A stretch of 63,902 nt of DNA, filler included, from Octopus bimaculoides (GCF_001194135.2; 4 parts of 4 records of this genome joined end to end with filler, not necessarily neighbours in it), one strand, 5' to 3'; numbered from the whole stretch's first letter, positions 36,340 to 50,365 are shown. Translations and numbers: made by a program. Notes: a model not told the origin generated them from the sequence alone.

Positions 36340-38089
36340 GAGGCGAAAATGGGCCCCAAAGTGGTTAGTGAGTACGGTTGTTGTTTCTCCGCATCACCGG
36401 CGTTTATTAATAGCGTGTATTCCACGGCAAACGCATGCTTAGACGAAATTAGTCGCCACCGACAAATAGGTAAAACTGAATAAAGAAGCAAAACAACCGA
36501 CCAGTGCTCCCAAAAGCCCGCCTGTTCAATGAAACTGTAAAACCTCACAAGCAGTATTAAATTAAAAGAACCATCTACGTTTTATACTGAATGTAAATAT
36601 AACACGAAAGCAAATTTACTATGGCATTGTTGCGGAGATAATACCTCTTACGGGTGTGCTGTGTTTGTTTGTCTGTGGAGGAATAGCACATTAAAGTTGC
36701 ATTATTGTGATATATTTACACTAAGTATGATACATAGATAGCTATTGTAACCTAATACGATCTCTGTTGCATAAAACAGGTTTCCATTCCAACAGACGAC
36801 TATTTGCAACACTGTTTCATAATATGTCGGTGGCTACAAATTACATGTATGTATGCGCTGTCCGGTCCAGTATTTTAATATACAACCTTGGACATGAACC
36901 ACATACCGTAGCCAATTGGACATGCGCATTCACACACGTACTGCTCTTCAAAATTTGTATGATGTGTCTAAAAAAGATATGATAGTTATAGCTATAGCAG
37001 ATCGATTATAAGAATACTCCGCAAAGGTAGACCTGGGGCTAAATAATGAAATGCAAGAACGTCGTTACCAACAATAATCATATAACATATTTATTCTGCA
37101 AAATACAGAAAAAGCAACAGGTAACGCTACATCGATATTGTACATCGATCGTCAGCATTTTCTATGCACAACAACGATGAAAATAACATTGCACAATATA
37201 ACCGACAATAACAATGAATGACGCTTATATAATCTTTATTCTGTAGAGCTGCATCGATCTCGTGCAATCTTTTCAAATGTATTTACATTCCAAAAGCAAA
37301 CTTTCATGAACGTAATCGGAATGCATAACACATTAGTTTTATACAGCTGTCATTATATTATGTCAATCTTTAATATAAAAATGCGTAGCGGCAGCAGCGA
37401 CGGCAAAAAGAACACTACTGATGATAAAAATAACAAATTGAGTTGTAGTATTATATTGAAATGTAATCGCAAGGCACAAGCACTCAATATGAGGAACATA
37501 ACTTACTTCCATAATAGAAGCGTCTATGTAAAGACATGGGTATGGAACATTACATAAATGATGAATAATTCAATAGTCAGAGAATAGTGAGGTGTGACAA
37601 ATGGTTCAGATCATACCATGGGTTGATTTCCAGAAAGAGTTTGATAGTGACTACATTCACACATTCTGAAAAATTTAGCCATAATTTGGACAGATGACCA
37701 ACATTAGTCAAACGCACAATTTTCAGAAAAGAATTTTGCAGATTCACAGCCATATGATTGTACTATAAAAAAAAACCGGACTCCATTAAAATAGGGACAT
37801 TTCAAGGATACAATGCTATTTTCCTCCATGGGACTTAGATCTTAACCAAAGTCCTTACTTACGAGACATTCATATATTGGTTAAATACGAATGGCCTAGA
37901 TCTGAAGTTCCTAAGTCACAACGGGTTTCAGTTACAAAATGACAAGTGGTTTCAGTTACAAAAACTGAAATATAGGTAACACGCGTTTCGTTTAACTTAC
38001 GTTTTCGTTAAATCAATCTGTTTTCTTTCACGTTGAGGTAAAAAGGGATCTTATTTTCCGTCTGTCATCGAGATTTTCAGAAATATTAG

Positions 38090-39334
38090 CTCCCTCTTAA
38101 TCTCTTTGTCAATCACCTTCTCACCTTCCTCCTTTTAGATGTCCTTCTGAAACTCTTTCTCTACTTCCTTAACCACTTATTCTTTTCTTTTTCTGCCTCT
38201 CCGGCAGAGAGCTCACTCTATCACTTCTTTTTCGCCTTTTGACTACTGTGAACTCCTGCTATGCTCCTGCCGTCTCCTTCAGATCGTTGTGCACCACTTG
38301 GTCTACACTCTCCTGCTCCTCAAGCCGTTCCATCTGCTGTTCCTTTTCTCTCCTCGGACACCGCGCCTTCATATGACCTTTCTCTCCACATAGGTAGCAT
38401 ATGGGAGGCCTATCCTCCACCACCACTCTCAGACTTACATCCTCGTTCAGAACTATTCCCTCTGCAATCCTGTTTAGATATTCCAAACTTGCTTGTATGG
38501 CCATCTCTATGCCATACCCCCAACAATTCAACCTCTTGGTTCTCGTCACTTTAAGTATTTTGGCTTCTACCTCCATGTTAAACATTATGGCTGTCATCAG
38601 CCATGTTTCCTTTATTTATGGGGGTATTTGGCAACTATCACCCTGGCAACACGCTTGTCACAGTACATCGGCAAACGTATCCAATCCTCCATTCTTATGG
38701 CCTCAGTGGAGTGCTTTATCGCTTCGTCTTCCGTCGCGAAACGCACCTCCACCGTGACATACTTCCTTCCTCTTGTGATAAAGGCTGTTAACTTCTTGAT
38801 CAGCTTAAAGAAGACTCCTCAATAGCTTCACTGATTGCTATTTCAATTTTCCTACTTGACAACTTTAGTGTTTTATATATTACGGTTCTTTTTGTTACAC
38901 TGTTTGTGAGTTCCTCCGGCGGCGTTAATTTTAACGTGTTGCCCTCCTTTGTTAACAGTTTTTCGCATTCCTTCAGATTCCTCGGCTCAAGCTTCACCTC
39001 ATGAACCTCCAATGCTTCAACGTCCACTCCTCTACCAGTTGCTTCCCGCTGGCACTTTTTCCATCGTTCCCACAAATGGGATGAAAACAAACGCAATTCA
39101 ACAACAAAAACAGTAACAGTAATTTCAACAATCAATAATCATAGGTACACCCACAATAATACACCTTCAACAAATAATCAACAATGTGACTCACGTCCAT
39201 CAGAGATCAAAACAGGAAACACCGACACACGACAAAAAATAACGCCTACTCTGCCATCTCACCTAGAACGCTACTATTTATATCGTTCGGGCAAGTCTGT
39301 TCTCGCAGGGGTTGTCGAGACTCTCATCACAACA
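38090..39334 (-). mobile_element. LTR-like head + LINE-type ORF1 with CCHC knuckle (no ORF2 seen)
   Basis: Starts TGTTGTGATGAGAGTC...GACAACCCCTG with TATAAATA; ORF1 RTVIYKTLKLSSRKIEIAISEAIEE...LPMYCDKRVARV...CYLCGEKGHMKARC (CX2CX4HX4C). Confidence 0.85.
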
Positions 39335-39506
39335 GATATGAACATCAAAGAGACTTTAAAACAAAGCAGAATTATTCAAAGGTCCATCGCGTTTCTATAA
39401 AGAATGGGGGTTGGAAAGTAAATACTCACTGACAAACCATTGACGAGACTGCTGAAAATTTATAAATTTCTTGAATGTAATTCCAGTCGTAGAAATGCAG
39501 AACATC

Positions 39507-39596
39507 CTGGTAATGATCACCATTCTGGTAATGATCACCATTCTGGTAATGATCACCATTCTGGTAATGATCACCATTCTGGTAATGATCACAATC
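39507..39596. repeat. 18-bp minisatellite (CTGGTAATGATCACCATT) x5
   Basis: Four perfect units plus one near-perfect unit. Confidence 0.97.
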
Positions 39597-41060
39597 GTAT
39601 AAGCAAAGAATTCATGACTGTTCTGTAAATATATCCGACAAACGAAGCATACACATAAGCATCTACGAATCCTTCCTCGCATAAGGCTTAATGTCTGTAC
39701 AGATGATCCTGTCAAGTAGTTTAAAATTTTCGTAGACTTCTTTCTTTTATAACTAGTGTGTATTGTGCAAGAAAAAACAGATTGAAATCGTTTTTTCATT
39801 GAGAAATAAATCTTTGAGTTATGAATGATTAAATAGCATTTACCTCAGCTATCCATCATCCCAACAGTAGTAAACAAGCTAATCGAGCTATTGTCCATTA
39901 TCACCTAAGTACACCAGAATTTCTGTGTTTTTTTGGCACCCAATCATTCTGCAAGCATCCAACTTGAAATCCTTTCATTTATTCTAGATGTTAAAAACAT
40001 TGTTTTCTGTTAGTTCTCCATTTGTTTTAGCATCTAGCTTGCAGAAACTTCATTACCGTTATTTTATATTCAAGGAACAACAAACAATATAGCACATTTT
40101 GCCCTACTTAAACACCCTAGAAAAATATAACGACATTTTCCAGATTGTGTAAGAGAAACTGAACAATTTCATTCCAGATTTTATCGAGAACGTTTGCACC
40201 TATCAACGTTTTATAGCATATTTTCCTTTTTCCAACCAAAACGGAAATATTTTTGCATTCACGTTTGCCATAATTCTACAAATTCACAGCTCTACAAAAC
40301 AATATGAAAGATAAAATACCATTTCAGCGATATAAAGATAATANNNNNNNNNNTTGCATTCACGTTTGCCATAATTCTACAAATTCACAGCTCTACAAAA
40401 CAATATGAAAGATAAAATACCATTTCAGCGATATAAAGATAATATTTTTGGTAAGTTCTACAAAGAGCTATTGAATACAAGATAGCTATATGAAGAAATA
40501 ATATGATAGAGAAAATCTAATAACACTTCATATCATTACTGTTGAATTAGTAAGGAAGCAAAACATGTTTGAAGTAGTGTAATTCGCTAAATCAAAATTT
40601 TACCCCCCCCCCTCTACACACACACACATACACTAAAATGATAAAAGAAAATCGTGATATCATGTTACAGTATCAGTGATAAGATAAAATAGAGGATTAA
40701 AAATACTTAGAAATTAAGGAACGAGAATGTGTCCAAAGTATATATAAAGGAAAGGAATGGTTATCAAAGAACAAAGTTGCTATTTACTTCAAGCTAAATG
40801 TCAAATTTGCGTAATAAGTATCAGAATGTTAGATGTTTCTGCAATAAGCTTCAGGTATAATGTAATCAACTAGAAATTTCGAATTAACAATACTGGAAAG
40901 AAATCTCATAAAATATTGAACGAATTTAAAATATACTTATGCAAAAGAAGGCAAAAACGTATTTAGCACAAATACTGGTAGCAGTATTTTTTATTTTAAA
41001 TTGGAAATCTTTTATAAGATATCGAAAGAAGTTCTAGAGAAGTATGTAATAAATAATGAT

Positions 41061-41240
41061 TTCAAATGTTGACACAAGGACAGTGAATTTGGGGGAGAGA
41101 CTAATAGATTACATCGACCCCGAAGGGGATCAAAGGCAAAGTCGACCTCTGCGGAATATGAACTCAGAACGTAAAGACGGGTGAAATACGACTAATCTTA
41201 TGGGCCGTCGTACAAATGATCCTGGCAGCTCGCCGCCTTA
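41061..41240 (-). mobile_element. tRNA-derived SINE (GACCCC/GTCGAC family)
   Basis: 5' TAAGGCGGCGAGCTGCCAG head and GAGTTCATATT B-box; homologous to 54993-55216. Confidence 0.8.
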
Positions 41241-41382
41241 AAGTATGTAATAGATATTAAAAAGGAAACGAATACAAATCCCCACCAAACAGAGATAAAA
41301 TAAACACGAAAAGTGTTTTCTTATGAAGAGAAACAGAGCCTGAGATTTCAGCGTTATATGATGAGGCTGAAGACAGTACAAC

Positions 41383-41680
41383 GTCATGGCTGTGTGGTAA
41401 GAAAATTGCTTCTCAACCACATGGTACCGGGTTCAGTCACACTGTGTGGAAAATTGGGCTAGTGTCTCCTACAATAGCTTTTGGCGAACCTAAAGCCTTG
41501 TGAGTGGATTTGGTAGATGAAAGCTAAAAGATCGTCGTGTACGTATATATATATATATATATATATGCGTGTGTGTGTTTGCGTATGTGTTTGTCGCCCA
41601 CCAAAACTTCACAACCGGTGTTAGTTTGTTTACGGCCCCAAAACCAAGTGGTTTGGCAAAAAAAAAAAGAAGATAGAAAA
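41383..41680 (+). mobile_element. tRNA-derived SINE
   Basis: TGGCTGTGTGGTAAGA...GGGTTCAGTC...GTGAGTGGATTTGGTAG, internal (TA)/(TG) tract, A-rich tail. Confidence 0.8.
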
Positions 41681-42227
41681 ATGTATATCTTTGCACATAC
41701 CCAATGTTTTACGGTCTGAATTCTAGAATTTCTAGTTTTGAATAGCAGCCATACCGTGGCCGCTGTTTTCCATGAAACCGAATGGTTCATGTTCTCTATT
41801 GCCTTTATTTGATTATACAAAAAAAAGAAGCGTGTAATATAAACCACAGCATAAAATATAACATTAGTATTTGTTATATAAATACTAGTTTACTAGGTTG
41901 CAGTTCTTCAAAAATGTAGTTGTATATACAAAAAACGAAAGTTGGGGACGTTACCCATGTTTGCCAACATTATTAATAATTTACAAAGGTTTGCTAATAT
42001 ATACATATCTCAGTTAAACAATTGAAAGCTGCTTATTTTTGTAGATATTAAGTGCTTTAGCCACGCAACGGGATGTAGGCGCGTGACCATACGTACGTGC
42101 TGAGTTTGGTTCCGATTCTTTAAGAACTGTAGTGCTGAGAGTGCTCGTGCGTAATATATATTCAGGAGCATTGCTGTGATTTTGTTGTGCTTCATATATA
42201 TTCGCATTTGTCTTCAACTAGCAATTA

Positions 42228-42570
42228 TTTTATCAACACTGATAGGATAAAAAGCAAAGACGGCCGTGGCGGAATTTGAACTCAGAACGTAAAGACGGAC
42301 GCTAAATATTTGTCCGCTGTGGTAATGATTCTGCCAGGTTCCCCTCCTTCTGATTTGTCTTTCTAATCTAGGCACATAACCAGAAATTTCGGGGAAGAAG
42401 ATTAGTCACTTACATCGACCCCATATTCGATACGTGCTTAATTTATCTAACACAAAAGGATGAAAGTCAAAGTCGACCTTTGCGGAATTTGAACCCAGAA
42501 CGTAGCGACTGACGAACAGCATTTTCACTGGGGTGCTAACATCCTGCCTAATCGGCGCCCTGCTGCCTTT
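42228..42570 (-). mobile_element. Two adjacent degenerate SINE copies
   Basis: GCGGAATTTGAACTCAGAACGTA at about 42269 and GCGGAATTTGAACCCAGAACGTA at about 42482. Confidence 0.75.
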
Positions 42571-42859
42571 TCATAATAATAATAATAACAGATTTTTCGT
42601 TCGAATGTATGAACGTTCAGCTTTTGCCGAACGACTTGCACAGATAATTTGTTTCAGAATTATCAAATATTCGTGTCGCACTTTAGATCACTCTCTCCAT
42701 CAAATTAATATTGCCTGAACACACACTATGTACAACGCTTCGTGTGCTGAAGTGTTCGCAGAGCAACGTAATATGGAGTGTTTTACTAAAGAACACAGCT
42801 TACCACCCAATCTTTGTATTGAAATCACGATGTCTAGGTCGGGAGTGCAACACCCTAAC

Positions 42860-43355
42860 AACTAAGTCATGCGCCTCAAACTCGTGCGCAGTCGCAGTAG
42901 ATCGGTATGGTGCTAGAAGCCTGAAGTGTACAGAGGAGGAGGTAAAAGAGATGGACAAGGAGTCAAGAAAGCCCCTAACGATACTTGAACCCCATCGTCT
43001 ACTTTCAGACACTGATCGCCTATACATGAAGAGAGCAAATAGATGAAGGGGACTGATAAGTGTGGAACACTGCGTCGAGACCTTAATGAGAAATCAGCTG
43101 CACTCTGAATACTAATGTGGTTAGGAAAATACAAGAGAAAGAGAACATCTATATACCATTGATATGGAGTTTCCAAATCCAGCATCCAAGATAAACTTTC
43201 AGGTTCATACCCATTATTATTGGAGCAACAGGATCGTCTGGAGAAGAATGTGGCTGAACTTGGAACCTTGGGGAGAGAATGAAAATCCTTAATTAATAAG
43301 CTACAGATGATCAAGATATCTAGGACTATAAACATCTGCAACACTTTCTTAAGAT
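42860..43355 (+). mobile_element. Deleted R4/Dong-like LINE fragment
   Basis: VDRYGARSLKCTEEEVKEMDKESRK...DRLYMKR..RGLISVEHC matches the 59855-60205 ORF; PIIIGATG...TINICNTFLRFK C-terminus. Confidence 0.75.
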
Positions 43356-43499
43356 TTAAAGGATGACGATTAAATCAAGATACTTCTCTTTATAACCTTG
43401 CTACCAATCGGTCGCCAGTCAACATTTAATCTACATTAAAAATAGAAAGCGAATACATACACACATTCAAACACAGGCACACACACATACATACATACA

Positions 43500-43533
<34 letters not shown>

Positions 43534-45433
43534 CATACATACAAACATACATACAGACGCACATACATACATGCGTCCATATATTTGAGTATGTATTGCA
43601 CTATTTAAAAGTATTACTCCAGGATTGTCACAATCCATATGTAATAAAAATAAAAATTATTGTATACAAAATCTCCTTATACATCAATGAATATTGATAC
43701 ACGAAATGGAAACGAAACAGAAATACCTATAAAAATAACATTGAAACAAATATTCAAGCTATGATAGGAACATGCTGAAAGCTGGTCAGTTACGAAGTAA
43801 AATAACAGAACTTCATAATTTCATAAATACATGTTCAGAAGAGAGAGAAGTTGAATTACATGTGTTTTGTAATATACATATGTATCTTTTTACAAACCCC
43901 ACCTTTCTGCAGTTTCTACAGTACCATATCTATAATCACGTTAAACGTGCCCAGCATAGTCTCAATTGACCCTTACCTACAATTGTTAATCCGTGATATA
44001 AACCAGTCTAGACATCATCTGCCGGCTGAAATAAGTCAATCCAAATCCTTCTTACATTCATTCATTCATCCATTCATTCATTTATTTATTCATTCATTCA
44101 TTTATTCATTCATCCTCTCTTTCTTACTCGTTTTTTTTTTCCATCTTTTTCCCTTTCTCTCTTTCTCGTTATTTATTCCTCTCTCTCTGATACGCATGAT
44201 TGCTTAAAATCTGTATTTGAGAATAGAAGAGTCAACATTTTTGTCTCTGCATTTAGGATGGAATATACATATTTGTGTACAAATATGTATGTATATGTGT
44301 GTATATAGTACATATATATGTATATATATATGCATATNNNNNNNNNNNNNNNNNNNNNNNNNNNNNNNNNNNNNNNNNNNTATATATATATATATATACG
44401 TATATATATATGCATATATATATATATATATATGCATATGTATGTATGTATGTATGTATGTATGCATGTATGTATAAAGAAGGTGAGAGAAGAAAGAAGG
44501 GAGAAGACAGCTGTATGCATATGCACCAACATACTTTACGCTTTCTCTCCATTTGTAGGATCGTATACAGTTCTGTATATTCATAATATATGTGAGTTAT
44601 CATCCATCTAATCTTTATGTATGTCGGCTGCCTATACATGTATATATATGCACACGTACGTACACACACATAACGATACGCACACACACACACACTCACA
44701 CACATACACACATGTATATTCATATATACTCATAAACGCCCACGATATGACATTATAGGAATGCATAGATTAAGGATTGCATTAATCGGATTTGTTGTTA
44801 GGCATTACTCTATGAATGGACACCGACCTACTTTTCAGAAACTGAAGTCCATGATGTTAAACTAATGTGTGACTGACTTATCATATCACAGGCTTGTGTA
44901 TCTTTAAAGCAATTCTTGTGCAGTATCAGAGTGATATAGCTGCTGTCTCTCGAATTTCTGATCCAGTCCTCCTGACACGCTTCTACATATATCTAGTTCA
45001 ATTCTAAATGTATTGATCGACGCGGCGCAGTGAGAGCGAATGCGTAACCACGAGGCTGAAAATCGAACATCTTCACCATTTGCCCTTGCTGCACCTACAA
45101 ACTGTGTATACTATATGAAAAAGACTGTTGTAATATAACTTCGTAGTCATAAAAGCATGTTTTGCCGAGACTACCTTCCATCCTGTGCTGTGATTGTCGA
45201 CAGAGACAAAGGCTTGAGTAAATTTGATAGACGAATTTGCATATGTACAAATATATAAAGTGCCTTTGGCAACTAGTTCCATTTATGAATTTCTAATTTA
45301 CATACAGTTCGGTCTAAAATTCACTAGATGACTTTAAAAATAGTCAGTCATTGAAAACATGTTATATTCAATATATCTCTACACCGTTAGATACATAAAT
45401 ACATACTTTGTCTCTCCGTCGGTCCGCGTTTGG

Positions 45434-45540
45434 CTGTCTGTCTGTCTGTATCTGTCTGTCTGTCTGTATCTGTCTGTCTGTCTGTATCTGTCTGTCTGTC
45501 TGTATCTGTCTGTCTGTCTCTGTCTCTGTCTCTGTCTCTC
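45434..45540. repeat. (CTGT)n-based compound microsatellite
   Basis: Direct reading. Confidence 0.92.
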
Positions 45541-45866
45541 TCGCTTTCTCTCTTCTTCTCTCTCTTTATGTATGTTTGTGTTTGTACGCCTGTGTGTTCG
45601 TATGTACATATGTAATTTTCTATTTCTGTTAGGACTTTGAATTTTTACACTGTTTTAATCAACAAGCGCAAATATTTACAATATATTCTGAGATTCAAAT
45701 ATTGTTTGGATTTCCTTGGCATTCGTAGTTTATAGATCAAAATGTTTGTGGAGGCTAACCTTTGCCGTATCAATAGCAAGAGAAAACGATGACATCTATG
45801 TAGATTTTGCCTATAAAGCATTCACACACACTCATTCCCGCTTATATATTCATACATGCATGCATG

Positions 45867-45914
<48 letters not shown>

Positions 45915-46141
45915 TATGATTGTTTGTGTTTATGTGTATTTGTGTGTGTGTGTGTGTATTTATGGAAAGCATCATTTCTGTGTCAAAACTGTTTTGCGCA
46001 TCAGCTAAGTATACAGTAGCCTTGCGAATAAAAGTTGTTTGTTGAAAATGGGTACAACATTTTGCCTCTGAACACACCATTACAATTGTATAAATTTTAT
46101 GTTTCTGCATCTTTCATCCAACGTACCTCACAAACAGTTGT

Positions 46142-46451
46142 CATGTTGTTTGTTCATTCTCGAGCCATGGCTGACTCATAAGGGCCGGTTCTCAGGTGTC
46201 ATTGGCGTATAGGTTTCCCACCTGAACGGGACGCACGTCCGTCGCAGGTGAGCTGCTAGATGCATGAGGAAAGGTAAAGCGAGAAGGTTGTGACGAAGGC
46301 GTCAGCAGAAGTTCGCCATTACCTTCTGGCGGAGCCGCTTGGAGCTTAGGTGTTTCGTTCATAAAAACACACATCATCCGGTCTGAGATTCGAACCCATA
46401 ATCCCTCGACCGCGAGTCCACTGCGCTAACCACTAGGCCATGTGCCTCCAC
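46142..46451 (-). mobile_element. tRNA-derived SINE, third family
   Basis: Minus strand GTGGAGGCACATGGCCTAGTGGTTAGCGCAG (A-box) ... GGGTTCGAATCTC (B-box), followed by a GC-rich body. Confidence 0.82.
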
Positions 46452-46811
46452 AAACAGCTGCAATAAGTATCTAAATTCAGGTGTATAATACCTCACATAA
46501 TTAGAATTACAGTCATATGTTCTGTTATACATATTGGAAAATAGTAAGCCTTCAAAATTTGTATTCAATTGCTTAACTTTTATATCGCCAAACACTTACT
46601 TGCTATTCTTTTAATCTTTGAAACTGTTTAACTGGCAAAGAAACTGTTAAGATCGCTTATTTAGATTATGCGTTTGCTATCAGCATTTACATGTACATGT
46701 AAAAAGCACACACACAAAGATTAATGAGTAAGGCTTTCTCACAGAATTTTCGATCGCGAAATAGGTTTCCTTGCAATGAATGATTCAGTGACGCTCAGGG
46801 TAGACCATATG

Positions 46812-46843
<32 letters not shown>

Positions 46844-47033
46844 AGCATGTATGCATGTATGTATGTATTATGTATGTATGTGTGTACGTATCGTCAAATC
46901 AAGTATTAAAACTTGAACAAGTAATCAACCATTAACAATAGTAATAACAAAACAAGAATAGGACATGCACATGGAATGTATTAGTTTAATGCCCATGAAG
47001 GTGGGAAAAAGTGTAGGTTTTTAACCTTTAGAC

Positions 47034-47438
47034 TGTACCTCACTTATAAAAGTTGCCTCAGAACATATATAATATTTGATATCAATCGATGAAGAAGTAA
47101 ATGTTACATGTACATTTCGATTTAAACAGCAATTTAGAATTATGAAATGCAAATACTCAATGTACCACTATAAAGCCAATGTATAGGTAGATTGGAAAAA
47201 AAAAATTGACAACTAGCACATGCTGCACAGCGCACCTGTACTATGAGTTATAGCCTAGATTCGTGCAAACGTGGTCATTCGCGCTGGGTTTATCATATTG
47301 GTACATTTTAAAGTATTTTACATTTGATAATTATAAATTGCTATGTGCAAATCAAAATTTACATGTAACTTTGAAATATTGTTAGAGTGATATCACATTT
47401 TATATATATTCTGAGGCAACTTTTATAAGTGAGGTACA
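47034..47438. mobile_element. MITE/foldback element with long imperfect TIRs (about 110 bp)
   Basis: TGTACCTCACTTATAAAAGTTGCCTCAGAA at 47034 is the exact reverse complement of the sequence ending at 47438; looser similarity continues inward. No clear TSD. Confidence 0.8.
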
Positions 47439-49170
47439 TCTGTGTTATTTGTCCGCAAGCATGGCGGTATAGTCAGGGCAGGGGTATATTCTGGCTTGGT
47501 TTTCTGAAGGGAGTATAGTCTGGGCAGGGGTATTTTCTAGGCTGTTACACCACTGATTTTCAATCCTGTTTATCCTTGTTGCGCTCATATCCCCGCACCG
47601 ATAGATAAAACCGCAGAGAAACGCCTGCATTCAAGTACGTGTGTGTGCGCCCTGCACGTGTATGCTCTTCTTTATGCATATGTCCATATCTTTGGATCTC
47701 TATATCTATACATATGATATATACAATATATACTTTTAATAATGTAATATATATCACTATAATTCACAGAGAATGGGTATGACAATGAATGTCTACGCGA
47801 ACAAAACGCCCTAATAATTACATAACTGATGTAGAAGCATTAGGCATTTTAATCCATTCCAGAGAAGCTATCAGCCAATCTGTCTATATACTCAACCTTC
47901 CCAATAGCTACAGAGAAATGACGCTGCTAATTTGCATAGCATAATTGTTATTATTACCTAATACCAGTATTTTAGTTTGTTAGTTGTCAGAATGATATAT
48001 TACATAATCGGATTTCTTTCTTCATTGTCTTCCCATGCGAAATGCAATACAACTAAGAGTAGATTTCGAAACGCGGTCGCATATTCTGTTGTGCGACAGC
48101 TTACAGTGTACAATACTTCACCAAATATACTGTGTCCTTCTATACAAGTCTGATTGTAATTTATGTATTGTTTAGATTATATATCTATTAATATCTAAGT
48201 TGTGTTTTTATAGACTGGACATTATATTTCTTTTGTAGTGTCTATATTACACATCTATTGACAGATAAATTATGTCTCTTTCTAATGGGCATAATATTTC
48301 TTTATGTGTTATCTATATTAGTTTTATTAACATCTAAATTACCTCTTTATATGATGGTCATACGATTTCTTTATGTTCTTACTAAATCCTACTTCCATTA
48401 ACAGCTAAGTTCTGTTTAATTTTTTTCATTTGTTTTTTCTTTTCTGTTTAATATAACATACATAAGTGTTTCTCTAGTTGCCATATTGTAATTTAAGAAT
48501 CAATTAACAACACCATTATATACATATGTGTGTGTGTGTGCGTGTGCGTGTGCCTGTGTATGCGTGTGTGTGTGTTTGTATGCGTGTGTGCTTGTGTCTC
48601 TCTGTGTCTATGTGTGTGTGATGAAACACATATGCGAAGCACGTGCACGCACACACACACATATACTCACCACACGCCACATACACACACAAACATGCTC
48701 ACATACATAGTGAGTGATGATAGAATAGTTGCAATTTGAAACTGATTCCTTTCACTTCCAGTTTGATAATTGTGTCTGGCAAAGCATGAAAACCACAGTT
48801 TCATTATTTAAATAAACCAATTAGGTGAAAAACACGAAATATCGTGAAATGGTTTAATCAATATGCCGTCCGATTTAATGAATTATCTTCCTTAGTCTCA
48901 AATCATACACGCGTGATTAAATTTCCTTCTTCCATGGATGTGGAAGCGAATTCTGGTAAAATTTGATAGTTATTCTTTCCAGACACACATGAAGAGATAC
49001 TGAATAAAATCTTATGTTCGGGTTGTTGGTGAATTAAGTAGTCCCCTACCGCGTGATTAATAGGTCATCCAGAAACATGCAAAATAAAGCATTTCATTAA
49101 GTTAAGACAATATATATTTTTATCGAAACCCTGCACAATCACTAGGCGCAACTGAAATTCTTACATACAC

Positions 49171-49298
49171 GGGCGTGGCTTTGGGGTAAGAAATCTTGTG
49201 TCCCAGCTACAAAGCGTTTGCACCTTGAGGAAATGTCGAGCTGACTGCATACTTGCTTGTGGCTGGATTTGGTAGACGGAAGTTGAAAGAAGCCGGTC
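49171..49298 (+). mobile_element. Degenerate SINE copy
   Basis: GGCGTGGCT...GGTAAGAA head and GGATTTGGTAGACGGAA...GAAGCC body, as in 30040-30188. Confidence 0.7.
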
Positions 49299-49530
49299 AC
49301 ATATATATACGTATGTGTGCATATATNNNNNNNNNNNNNNNNNNNNNNNNNNNNNNNNNNNNNNNNNNNNTTAATTAATTAANNNNNNNNNNNNNNNNNN
49401 NNNNNNNNNNNNNNNNNNNNNNNNNNTATATATATATCATGGACTCTCCCGTCGAAGACGACGTATGGCGTGAATGCAACACTCTAACCACTACGCCTTG
49501 CGCCCTCTTTATATATAAGACTACATTTGC

Positions 49531-49583
<53 letters not shown>

Positions 49584-50365
49584 TTCGGTATTTTCTCTCA
49601 AACAAGTAATTTTCAATCAATGACACCAAATGTATATACAGCATTATGAGCTGTTTATTTACTTTTTGGGCAAGTTTTGACTTGAATAGAGAGCTTGTGC
49701 AATCTTCAACAAGTTGTTAGTGCTGAAGAGAGATGTATTTCAAGTGATGGATTCTTCCCTTGTCGTTGGTATTGTCTGGTATAAGGGTAATTCGATGACG
49801 CACTCATGTTTCCTTTCTTTATCTCATTATCTTTTGTTCTGCCTAATTGCATTTTCGAAATTGAGTACTTTCATTTTGCTTCTGCTGCCGAAATTAATTA
49901 CAACACATACATAAACAAATAAATGTATTGACGAAGGAAATAACAGTCAATAATTAAGGGTAATTCACAAGATTGTAAATGAAGTACATCATTGAATATC
50001 GAAGTCAATCGGATTCATTTCCGATTGCATTTGCTGCAGGCAATTAGTTTTCCTCACAAAAGACTGAAAGCTTTTAAACTAGGCAACGAAAAATGTACAA
50101 GCTTTTAGAAAAATTGACAATTTCTCAAATCTTGCTACCTGGTATGTGTTGTGCGCGCCTAACTATGTATGTTACGCGTGCGATTGTGTGTTACATGTGC
50201 CTTTGTATCTTGCATATATGTATCACTGCAAGAGGAGGTTTGTATGCATATGCATGCGTGAAACATACGTTACAGATTTTTCTTTATCAATGCATATTTG
50301 TTATTGTGCAGGAATTCAATTCAGTATGCGTTTATTCGTGAATGTTTCATTTCTTCTTGTTCACG

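Noticed and set aside
37960-38020. GAAAC-GCGT-GT hammerhead-like word on minus (similar GAAACGCGGTC near 48067)
   Set aside because: No intact CTGANGA and no stem I pairing.
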